Origin: Mytilus californianus
Taxonomy: Eukaryota
DNA length: 64,000 nt
Direction: 5' to 3'
Assembly (NCBI RefSeq): GCF_021869535.1
Contig: NW_026262581.1
Location: forward strand, 133,052,001 to 133,116,000
A program made the translations under genes and the position numbers. Positions 53,101-64,000 of this stretch are shown here, piece after piece. Under the pieces are notes generated by a model. That model saw nothing but the letters and a program-made list of their open reading frames with translations. It had not been told where the DNA came from and made no database searches. Within the stretch, counting starts at the first letter, position 1. Every line of letters begins with the position of its first letter.

Positions 53101-53760
53101 TTTTTCTGTTCTTCAATTCCAAACCTGTCTTTCCCCATTGCGTTAATAATGGTACTCATTGCTTTTATCTTCTGTCTACATCTCCTGCCAATGCTGAATG
53201 TAACACTTTTGATTCATCCTCATCAAACTGGATCCATTCTTTCTTACAAGCTGATGTTGGCCACATAATCCGTAGCGTTGGTGGGTCTCCTTCTTTCCAT
53301 TGATGTTTCTCTCCTTCCTGTTGACTGTTAAGATTCATTCCTAACTGATCATGAGCTTCGTCTTCTTCCGTGACTTCCTCCTCTTGTACATGGAGGTGTT
53401 GAACACTGTGGTGTGTTTCCTGGTTCATCTCCTCCTCCGTCTCATCAGGTTGCCCTTTGCGTCGTTCAAGAATTGGTGTCACTGAACAGCCAATCTGTGT
53501 GTGATGAATCTTGGGTCCTTTCTTATTCTTGCATATCTTTCTACAACTACAAACTCTAGATGTGTCCATTTCCTATCTCGTTGTCAGTTTTTCAGTTCCA
53601 GTTGTTTCCATTGTCCCTCCTGTTGGTCGTTCATCCTCCCCCGCTCTCGCACGACCATGGGGTGTCTAATTACGTATCTGTCCATAGCAATGCTCTAGGC
53701 TGTCCATTGCTGGAGATATACTTAGGTCTGCCAAACCGTTGTATGCCTTGCTACCGGTCT
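50179..53760 (-). mobile_element. HERO-type non-LTR retrotransposon (RT plus restriction-like endonuclease), near full length, frameshifted
   Basis: N-terminal CSCRKICKN.KG.KIHH zinc finger; SAPGPNGIP, FIPKEE...FRTISLLNVEGKV, QKGGVP, GCTIS..LF..AMN, FMDGMT; C-terminal CKLC..LEHVLSSC, RHDQVL, RPDIV..ELTVP; split over several track ORFs. Confidence 0.88.
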
Positions 53761-54610
53761 TGGCTGTTTTCTGTCTTTTCGATTGTATTCTGGTGGTATA
53801 TGTATTGGCTGTCTTGTGTCTTTTCGATTTTATTCTGGTTGTATATGTTTTGGCGGTGTATGTCTATAAATACGATTTCATTCTGGTGGTATATGTATTG
53901 GCGGTGTATGTCTATAAATGCGATTGTATTCTGTTGGTATATGTATTGGCGGTGTATGTCTATAAATGCAATTGTATTCTGGTGGTATATGTATTTGTGA
54001 TTATTCTCGGGTAGTATATGTCTTTTCAATTGCATTCAATATGTATTGGTTGTGAATATCCCTGCAATTAAATTCTTGTGGTAGATGTATTTATAGTTAT
54101 GTTCTGGTGGTGTATATCATTGCAATTCATTATGGTTTAGATGTATGTATAATTGTGCTCTTTCATTTGTCTTTGTGATTGCATTCAGCTGGTTTATGTC
54201 TTGGTGATTGTAATCAGATGGTTTATGTCTTTGTTGTTGTAATCTGATGGTTTATGTCTTTGTAACTGTATTATGATGGTTTATGTCTGTTTGTGCTGGT
54301 GCTGTATGCTTTTGTGATTGGGTTTTGGTTGTGTTTGTCTCTGTACTGTCTTTGTGATTTTCATCTGGTTTGTTTGTCTTTGTGATGGTAATCTGCGGAT
54401 ACAAGTCCTTGCGATTGTCTTCGATGGTGTATGTCTTTGTGATTGTGTCCTTGCTTGGTTGTGTTTGTGGTTGTAATCCATGAACGCACGTATTTGTGAT
54501 TGTTTTCCGATTATGTAATAGTATGTTTTGAGATTGTATTCTGATTGTGTAGTTCTTCTGTTGGTGTATGTTTATCAATTGTTTAGTGGTAGTTGTTTGC
54601 CTTTGTGTGT
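53761..54610. repeat. 48-bp minisatellite grading into TG-rich degenerate repeats
   Basis: Period 48 (53881 vs 53929); low-complexity ORFs in the track derive from it. Confidence 0.88.
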
Positions 54611-54774
54611 AGTCTCGATCTTGTTAAGTGTCATAATTTTCTACAACTTTTGATTTCTGTTGTAATATTGTAATTTTGGTGGTGTTCCATTATCTACACA
54701 AATTAACATAGTGCCTCTTTTCTGTGCTTCCTTACATGTGTTTACACTACACAGTTGACGACGAACATTTTCCA

Positions 54775-55050
54775 ATTGTCGTAAACACAATCCCGTCCTC
54801 TTTTCCTCGAATGTGACATTACCGAATTTGGACATGCACATGGGTGCCAATGTGAAGCAGGATCTGCTTACCCTTCCGGATCACCTGAAATCAACCCCGG
54901 TTTTTGGTAAGGTTCGTGTTTGTTTTCTATGTTGTGTTTTGTAGACTGTTGTCTATTCGTCGTTTTTCGGGGTTTTTTTGCCATGGTGTTGTCATGTCTT
55001 CGAGTTATGAGTTTGAATATTCATTAGTTATCTTCTGTCTCTCTTTCTCT
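54775..55050 (+). mobile_element. PLE 3'-tail fragment
   Basis: ttgtcgtaa..acaatccc.tcc.cttttcc...gcaggatctgcttacccttccgga.cacctga, rc of the 10330-10650 family. Confidence 0.7.
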
Positions 55051-55249
55051 GTATATACACTAGGAATTACATTGTTCCCGAAGAAACAATCTTTATCGAT
55101 AGTTCACTAGATTTTTGGTTTTGTTTCTTTTCATTTGGTACCAACTAAGGATTTTTGGTCGAGTCGAAAGGAACAAAAATAAAATTTAGCGTTTTAAATT
55201 TAGCTATACTAGATAATCAAATGGTTCATTATTCACATTTTAATAGATT

Positions 55250-55321
55250 GGAATTGACATCACTTCATTAAGTTTGGGTTCCGACATATCAAACTCTATT
55301 GTTGGCTCATCTGGACTTATA
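55250..55321 (-). other. 72-nt insertion containing an exact 69-nt copy of HERO RT-region sequence, flanked by AATAGATT repeats
   Basis: 55252-55320 is identical to 52659-52727; AATAGATT at 55242-55249 and 55322-55329. Confidence 0.9.
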
Positions 55322-55394
55322 AATAGATTACATCACACACTGGGCACAATCAAAATTCTTATTTCTATAGTTGTATGTATGACTATATTTGTAT

Positions 55395-56830
55395 GTATGT
55401 ATCGGAATTCCCATGGGGACTAACTGTGCACCACTTATTGTGGACCTGTTTCTGTATTGTTATGAGTTACAATGCATGACTAAAATCAGCAAAGACCCAT
55501 CGAAACAACATCTGATTCAAAAATTTAATAACACTTTTAGATATTTAGATGATATATTGGCTCTCAATAATGACGACTTCAGTATGTACACTAAAGAGAT
55601 TTATCCTGCCGAACTGACTTTAAATAAAGCTAATACTAACAATGAACACTGCCCTTTCCTGGATCTTGATATCTTTATCTTTAACGGGAAACTTAATACC
55701 AAAATTTATGATAAAAGAGATGATTTTTCATTTCCTATTGTTAATTATCCATTTTTAGATGATGACGTTCCCTTGTCGCCATCTTATGGTGTTTATATAA
55801 CTCAACTTGTTCGATTCGCTCGTGTATGTAACAACGTATTTGATTTCAACGAAAGAAATCTCTGTATTACTGAAAAATTATTACACCAGGGTTTTCGATA
55901 TCACAAACTAGTCAAAACATTTACTAAATTTTATCATCGGTACAAGGACATCATTTGTAAATATAAATCAACATGCAGACATCTTATACGTTCAGGTATT
56001 TCACATCCATAGTTTATGGTAATATCTTTACAAAGCACAAAAATGTCGGCATTTACCTCAAAAGCTAACCAAACCTTGAAACAGACTTATTCGGAAATGA
56101 TATAGTTACGATACTGTTGTCAAGTCATTAAGGATTGCATATTTTGGTATTAATATTGATTCACTCATAGGGTCTTTGCATCGGAAATAAACACATTAAC
56201 TCTAAAACCAGTTGATGGCATGATACGGGTTATGTTCTTCTCATATATTTTATGATGGTATGATACTAAACCCCTAACGAGAGGGATTGTACTTGATTTT
56301 CATATGATGAAGACATAATCTTTCAATCAGTTTAATTGAAGTTTGGAGCTGGCATGTCAGTAACTGCTAGTAGTCCCTTGTTCATTTCTGTATCATTGTC
56401 ATTTTGCTTAGTTTCTTTTGTTACCTATTCTGACATCGGACTCGGACTTCTTTTCAACTGAGTTTTACTGTGCGTATTGCTATGTGTTTCTTTTTTCTAC
56501 ATTGACTAGAGGTATAGAGGGAGGGTTGAGATCTCACAAAACATGTTTAACCCCGCCGCATTTTTGCGCCTGTCCCAAGTCAGGAGCCTCTGGCCTTTGT
56601 TAGTCTTGTATGTTTTTTTAATTTTAGTTCATTTATATGTTTTGGAGTTTAGTGTGACGTCCATTTTCACTGAACTAACACACGATTTTATTTAGGGGCC
56701 AGCTGAGGAGCACCTCCGGGTGCGGGATTTTCTCGCTGCATTGAAGACCCATTTGGTGGCCTTCGGCTGTTTTCTGCTCTTTGGTCGGGTTGTTGTCTCT
56801 TTGACATATTCCCCATTTCCATTCTCAATT
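55395..56830 (+). mobile_element. 5'-truncated Penelope-like retroelement (RT C-terminal half plus 3' tail)
   Basis: GIPMGTNCAP, FRYLDD, PFLDLDI, KIYDKRDDFSFPIVNYPFL, YGVYITQLVRFARVC; frame decays after 56012; tail motifs recur elsewhere in the window. Confidence 0.88.
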
Positions 56831-58701
56831 TTATGGTATATCTTTACCTTCATTTTTTGTAGTAACCTTTCAAGTATAGAATATTTCATAAATATAACAT
56901 TAAAAAGGGCGATGTCTATATGTTAAAACTGTATTCACGAGTTGTGAGCGTATACGTAACAACAAAAGCTTTGTTTTGAAAGACAAACTGGTGTCACCTG
57001 ATAAGACTATAAACTTTTCAGCGTCTGACGATATCGTCTTTCATTATTTAGGATCAATGGTCCTATCTTACGGGACTACGAGACTTCTATGAACAGTAAC
57101 TTTAATGACCGAGAACAACACATGAAATCCTTTTCTTTAATGTGTTTTGCAGTTTATCAGGGGAATATTGTATAATATTCATCCCAATCGTTTAATATTA
57201 TAATATTCATCCCAATTGTATAACATACATATATGTAAGATATCTATTTAATATCTATTCATGGAATTTTTGACCAAAATTTAATTTAAATGAGAATAGG
57301 AAGTACTAAGATCAATGGTTTTTATGGATATTGAAGGTCAATGATTTTTTGTAAGCTTTGAATGGAAAGTTTAAGCAAATATTATGTTTCTTTATTGTTA
57401 TGGATATGAATTGAAATAAGTAAAGAAGTGTCTATACATTCGACAAGAGAACAAGACCATGTTCACTCCCTGCGTACATTAAATGAATAACATTATTCAA
57501 ATTCAGAATTGTTATTTGAACGTAAAGAATTAGTCATGCTAAGAATAATTGTCATAGAAGGGAAAATGGGAAAGTGAAGTATCGATTTCAAGTTTTTTAT
57601 TTATGTTGAAATGGTTCATAAATTCTCCAATTTTTAATTGTTTTATAGTCATTTGATGATCGTTTGGAATGTAAAATCTGTATACAACTAATGGTTTGTG
57701 AAAAAGATATGAATGGCTGATATCGAAACATGAAAAATTCAAAACAAATGAATATATTTTAATCTATATTGATTTTATTGCAGATTTTGTGTTATTTGTT
57801 TCAATCGTCCATTCGTATTAGTATACATGTGTTTTAAATCAATCTTATCGGTATATCTTTTCTATCAATCAGCTTTTACTTGAATTCATATAAGAATAGG
57901 AGATGTGGTATGATTGTCAATGAAACAACGATCCTTTAAAAGGATCAGGATGTACACAACTCTTAACCAATCAGCTCATTCCGTATGGCTTCATTTTCGT
58001 TCATTTATAAGTGCAATATTTCTCGTTTTTTTTCAATTTTGTCTATTCATTTTGAATTTTTGTATACCACACAACAAAAGTTCGACCTTTTGCTTTATCA
58101 ATCCCCTAACTGCTCCTAGAAGCTTTTGATATTGCATATATGTATATGCCAAGGTGTACATATTATCTTTGTTTTATGTCACTTTGTATATATAGAGAAA
58201 CCGCATCGTTCAAAATAATCATTTGTCAATTTATATCCAATGGAATTTGATTAACTGTAAGGATTAGATAAAGACAACCTTCTGCGGTATTTAATATTTT
58301 CTATTCAAATATGATTACAATTTTCTGCACGCGATTCTTAAATTACCATGCGACATATATGTTAATTTTGAATTTATGATAAAAAGCTTTATTGAAATGT
58401 GTTTATAAAACATCGTTCAAATGGAAATTAAATTTAAATCAGTAAGAAACAGCGCTATGGTAATCGAAATTTAAAAAAGATCATGAACTGGTACAAAGAT
58501 GTAAGGAATACCACAGCTAGATCGTTTTTCTATGACCGATTTTTAACTCATTCTTTGTCATTCTTCCGTGTACAAATATATTATTGACACCATCTGAATT
58601 TGTCATTTTATAATTAACAATAATAACTAGCAGGTAAACGGACAGGTAAAGTTACGCATGCTTAGACAGAGTTTAAATGATTATTATTTATTATAAACAT
58701 C

Positions 58702-61700
58702 ATGGCAGAGGAGGACGATGAGTTTGTCAGTAAATTTACGGATTTGTCAACACTACCAGTCAATGGTCATGGAGGACCAGACAGTGGATCATCACGACTG
58801 ACTAACGGTCACGACTGGTAAGGCCAGTTTCTCACTTTATATGATTCGAACTTTTCTGAGCGACTCGTGGTTCCATCTTTAGATGCAATCCAATAAGCGA
58901 AACAGGACAATGATCTAATTATAACTTTTTTTAAAGTCATTTGCATTTCTAAAATAGCTTTTTCACTTAAATTAAAAGTACATAAGATGAGAAAGGAGAA
59001 AATTAAAGAAACAACAATCAGGGTTAGTTAAGAGAAACACAAATGTATGGACATTGGACACATGTCAACCAAATCAAACGAAAGAAAATTAAAAAAAAAT
59101 AGCAACATGATATTGAGAAAAACCACAAAAACAAAACATAGCTTTATAAATAATGACAATAATACATAAATCATAAAAAAGAAAGAATGGAGTTTCGTAC
59201 GATTTTATTTGTTTTGTTATCTTGCTTAACAAAATAATAGAAGATTATGAAGAAACTAATCATAACCATCAATGAGTTCTTTTCATTGATTATGAATTAC
59301 TTTCATCAGTACCTAATTAGGACCCACTTTAATTGTTCTAAACTATTATATCGATCTCCTTACGTTAAGAGTAGGATTATTTTAAATCTAAGTTTCCTTG
59401 TATAACAAAATTCAATCTTTATAATCGACTTATATAGTCAGACAGTTTACTGGACATTGATTTGTTTAAACTTGACCAGCTTGATTTACATCTGACATGT
59501 TGTGTATGGCCTGGATTGTTCACAATGAGTGAGAAGCCTTACTGTTGTTGAAATGCAAAGCGGGGAGGTTTTATCTGAACTGCTCAACAGACAAACACAA
59601 GACATTCAAACTGTCCTTGTATTGTTTTCATACAAAGCAAATGTCTACATGACACATATCTATGTAGTATTAAATATCACAAGATTGTTTAGATTTTAAA
59701 TTTCATTGAATATTTCCAGTTGACAGTAACATTTTACCTACTCCTACTTTGTATGCTTCATGTGTCTATTTATGAATGAAGATTTAGGCCTTTTATAGCT
59801 TATTAAAATTGTGAATATAGATTTAAATCACAATTAAAAACAAAATATTTGGATTGAATGATAAGACTAAGGATTACATTAGAAGTGGGTGTTTGGAATC
59901 TTACTATAAAGTATATATAGTATTGGCAATCATACCACATCTCCTTATTTTTATATAGTATAAACATTTCAAGGAATAATTTCGTTTACCTGGATCAGAG
60001 ATACATTATTATGACAGGGGATTACAGGTATATTTATTTTTTTTCTTTACGTTATATGATAGAACTTATTTATATCTAATTTTTTTTTTAATTCTCACTT
60101 TTGTTGGGTTTTTTTTTATATTACGGAGGGACAAGATGCATCGGATAGAACAAATCTAAGTGTGTAATCTTTCATTCCAGTACTAGAGAACTTCCACCAG
60201 TGCCAAATGACTTTCGTCCATCACTTCCTGTTAATCCACCCAAGTTGATTCCGCCACGGATTAAAGTCAGCAGACCTCCATCAGGTAGATATACATAGTC
60301 TTTACTCCTTCAGGTAGATATACATAGTCTTTACTCCTTCAGGTAGACATACATAGTCTTTACTCCTTCAGGTAGATATACATAGTCTTTACTCCATCAG
60401 GTAGATATACATAGTCTTTACTACTTCAGGTAGATATACATAGTCTTTACTCCTTCAGGTAGACATACATAGTCTTTACTCCTTCAGGTAGATATACATA
60501 GTCTTTACTCCATCAGGTAGATATACATAGTCTTTACTACTTCAGGTAGATATACATAGTCTTTACTCCTTCAGGTAGATATACATAGTCTTTACTCCAT
60601 CAGGTAGATAGATATACATAGTCTTTACTCCTTCAGGTAGATATACATAGTCTTTACTACTTCAGGTAGATATACATAGTCTTTACTCCTTCAGGTAGAT
60701 ATACATAGTCTTTACTCCTTCAGGTAGATATACATAGCCTTTACTACTTCAGGTAGATATACATAGTCTTTACTCCATCAGGTAGATATACATAGTCTTT
60801 ACTCCATCAGGTAGATATACATAGCCTTTACTACTTCAGGTAGATATACATAGCCTTTACTACTTCAGGTAGATATACATAGTCTTTACTCCATCAGGTA
60901 GATATACATAGTCTTTACTCCTTCAGGTAGATATACATAGCCTTTACTACTTCAGGTAGATATACATAGCCTTTACTCCTTCAGGTAGATATACATAGTC
61001 TTTACTCCTTCAGGTAGATATACATAGTCTTTACTCCTTCTTCTCGATTTAGAGTCAGACTCGGGCACATCTCAACCAATGGTATAGATACATGCATAAA
61101 TAAATTAAGCTACATAGTATAAAATATAAATAAGAATGCCAAGTAGAGACATAACGTTGTTTCACGAGAGATTCTAAGCATTTTTTAATCATTATAAAAA
61201 AATTGCTTAAGTTTTTAAGTTCAGATGGATTATTGGTTTTGATAAGATCTAAATATTTGGTCTGTTTACGAACTTGATAGTGCTTTTAAAACAATTTTCT
61301 ACTTTCTTCCGTGGCTTGTACATACCAAAATATAATGAAACATGTCACTAAAAGTAACGAAAGTTCATAAAAAACAAGTACGTTTTTAGGTTTTCTCTCT
61401 GAATATTTTGCCATAAATACCGAGTTTAACAGGAATTCTCATGGTGGATTGATTGATTATTGGTGTTTTAACGCCACTTTCAACACCATTGGCTATATCG
61501 TGGCGGCCAGTTTTTATTGGTGGAGGGAGCCGGAGTGCCCGGAGAGAACCACCGATCTTTTGCTGGAAAACTGTCAAACCTATAAAGAAGATGAACTTCT
61601 AAGAGCACTCGGCCACCGAGGATCCGAATTCTCGTGATTCTGATGTTCAAAGTTCTAAACCTACAAAAAGTATAATCAATATTTTGTCATTGAAAAGGTT

Positions 61701-63318
61701 TCAAACTCATCTAGGCAATTTTTTATTAATCTCTAATTTAGAGCTTTTGGGGAGTTCTGTAAAATGTCTAAACTGACCATCTTAAATTTAACAGTATTAT
61801 AGAACCAGTCACAACCAATCAAATAACTCAGTTATCCATATATTTGACGATCCAAACAGTCTTTCCTATTCTACATTGTTATTATAGATAACTATAGGTT
61901 GAAGAAAATAACAGAAAATGAAATGAAAAATTACACTTAATAAATGTCATGCGTCCGAAGTGCTATTTTGGATTAACCTTCACACTGAACGCTCAAACTC
62001 AAAACTCATACACTTGAAAGCCTATAGTATGTAAAATCACCGTTAGTAACCTTAGGAACCAAATGACCGAAAGGGACCTATAAAAAGAATAGCTAAATTC
62101 ATTTAAGGTCAATTTTGCCTGAGATAGTTGGAACCTTTGCTACTGTTAAAATATTTTCTTAATTTGTCAACTGGAAATTTTAAAATAGTTTATAAATCAT
62201 ATCAGTAAAGAAGTACTGGCTACTGAGCGGATGATACCCTCGGGGACTAACTGTTCACCATTAGTTGTATCGGCCCAGTGCTAGAAAATAAGAAGAACAC
62301 TTTATTAATTTTGCGCGTCTGAGGCGCTTTTCAGGATTTACCTTTACCAAAAACACACAAACCTAAAAAATTTGCTATATGACCAAAACGGACATATACA
62401 AAGAATAGAGTTAGAATTAAATTAATTGGAGATCAACTTTGCCTGAGGGAGTTGGAATCTAGTTTCTTTATATTTTTTTTTTTATTTTTCAACGGTGAAT
62501 TTTCAGAAGTTTCTTTTATTTTATTTTCCGGTAACATATTTTGCCTAGTAATAAATAGTTCGTAATTTGATAAAATATAGCCAGAGGGTAATGACTATGT
62601 TCCCCATACATCATAAAGTTGGATGTGAATTTATTTTAAGATTAAGATTAAGTTTATAAATTTTTAGATGAATGCGTTCTAATACAGAGTTCTTACCCTT
62701 TTCCCAGATTCCACATTCACACAGCAATATCGGCTTCTCTATACAAAAGTAGAAATCCAAACAACTGTATAGTATGCACAATCAATCAGTCTGTATTTAC
62801 AACCATGTAAACTGGTTTTTTGCTCTTTAGTTGAGATTTGACTCGGTCCAGATGATAGTATTCATTCTGATCATGAATTCCTCATAATAATTTTAAAGAA
62901 TTAAAGCGAAACATCAAAAAAGCATGTAAACCGGCCAAATTTGATGAAAACATTCATGTTAAAAGTCAACAAAACAGAAGAATCGAAGGAAAGGTGAATA
63001 AGCAATAATCTCTATACACAAACATTATTATTTACTTTTTCAGAAATTTCCAAGTTTATCCCAGAACATGAGATAACCATTCCAAACGATGGGAACGTAT
63101 CAAAGTTTACAGTTGAAGAACTCTTAACATTCCTCAAACATATGGGAGTTAGTGACAGAATTGTTAACCATTTAAGGAAGAAAAGTGTGGATGGTAAAAG
63201 ATTTTCAAGACTTAGTGATTCAGAATTAGAAAATGTAGGGATCAAAAATCCCATAATAATATATTTTAGAGACAAAAGTAGTGCCAAGTCTAAAAAGTCA
63301 GCACCATTCATGTTGTAA
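58702..63318 (+). CDS. SAM-domain protein B, paralog of A (minimal model 164 aa): exons 58702-58817, 60181-60284, 63044-63318; proline-rich linker
   Basis: ATG in good context (aacatcATGG); donors GTAAGG and GTAGAT; acceptors ttcattccag and tttacttttttcag; phases join (495 nt). Last exon TIPNDGNVSKFTVEELLTFLKHMGVSDRIVNHLRKKSVDGKRFSRLSDSELENVGIKNPIIIYFRD...PFML aligns throughout with the last exon of gene A. Extra small exons (e.g. near 61053-61081) cannot be excluded. Confidence 0.78.
60285..61040. repeat. 29-bp minisatellite, 26 units, starting exactly at the exon 2 donor of SAM gene B
   Basis: Unit GTAGATATACATAGTCTTTACTCC(T/A)TCAG; period 29 (60285 vs 60314). Confidence 0.97.
61447..61580 (-). 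mobile_element. 3' half of a V/Meta-type SINE
   Basis: rc contains TTCTCTCCGGGCACTCCGGCTCCCTCC core and a (TCAA)n-type tail. Confidence 0.6.
61940..62470 (-). mobile_element. Degenerate tandem dimer (about 360-bp spacing) of a PLE-like pseudo-LTR unit with hammerhead relics
   Basis: gcgtc.ga.g.gct.tt..ggatt.acctt and atgacc.aaa.ggac.tata.aaagaatag...ttgcctgag..agttggaa each occur twice. Confidence 0.5.
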
Positions 63319-64000
63319 CTGATAAGTCCCATATAACATTCTCATATTTTCCATATACTTTTGTTTTGTTGTATGTCTCGTTACCTTGCATAACTCACAT
63401 TTCGTATCTTATCCACAAATATGAATAATTTTTGAGTTTCCCATCTTAACGAAGATGATAATAATGACCAGTATTGATTATTACTCGTCTAAACCATGGT
63501 CAGGTCCATATTATTACTATATATATAGTGCCAACATGAACGACATGTAATCAGCATTTATTTATGTAAACGGGTAAACATTTTGTTTGTATTGAGACTG
63601 CGAACTTTGTGGTTTGAGAGGTCTTCTTTTCTTGGTTTTTTAAACCGACTTAAAAATAAATTGATCTGCATTTTATTTACAGCCATGATATGCATTGGGT
63701 TTATGAAAAGTTGAAAATATAATGATTTACAAAGAACTATTCAGGGATGTCTATATATTGTATATGCTTTTTTTTAATACAAATATTTATGAATTTGACT
63801 AGGTTACAAACTTGTTAGTAAATTTATCTTTCAGAGTAAACGAGAACATTTGAATGCACTTTTATCATAATAGTATATCATGGGACAAGTGGAAATTGAG
63901 CTAAGCAAGATTTGGGCCACCTTATTCTCATTTTGAAAACAATTGATCACTTTTTGTAGATCTTTTTAATTTAAAAAAAAGACATATTATCCATTCAAAT

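Noticed and set aside
53560-54578. Hydrophobic or Thr/Gln-rich ORFs resembling membrane or mucin proteins (also 49864-50297)
   Set aside because: Products of TG-rich minisatellite sequence
56300-56330. Hammerhead core in the PLE tail (ATGATGAAGAC...)
   Set aside because: No GAAA after stem II and no stem I/III pairing
59997-60027. Possible extra small exon of SAM gene B; also candidates at 62709 and 62831
   Set aside because: They introduce stops or fail to join in phase with neighbouring exons; unsupported without RNA data

Overview
AT-rich metazoan genomic DNA. The repeat families look like those of a bivalve mollusc, probably a Mytilus-type mussel (inference from recalled families). Main contents: (1) a complete 21-exon Hook dynein-adaptor gene on + (ATG 4501, stop 35525, 704 aa, all junctions GT-AG and phase-consistent), with a tandem ETS-motif promoter that may also drive an uncharacterised spliced transcript on the minus strand; (2) two tandem paralogous genes on + (43183-48877 and 58702-63318) encoding small proteins with unrelated N-termini, a GAREM-like C-terminal SAM domain and a shared terminal PFML; (3) many mobile elements: an inverted pair of Helentron-associated (HINE-type) satellite-bearing elements, one interrupted by a young CR1/L2-group LINE, a decayed HERO-type RLE retrotransposon inside a minisatellite, Penelope-like RT fragments with hammerhead relics, a Gypsy remnant, hAT and other MITEs, and SINE pieces; (4) several intronic minisatellites that amplify splice-site motifs, two long hairpins, and a 69-nt exact copy of HERO sequence inserted 2.6 kb away. 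No prokaryotic features, rRNA, tRNA genes or CRISPR arrays were seen. All analysis was by eye; family assignments need database confirmation.
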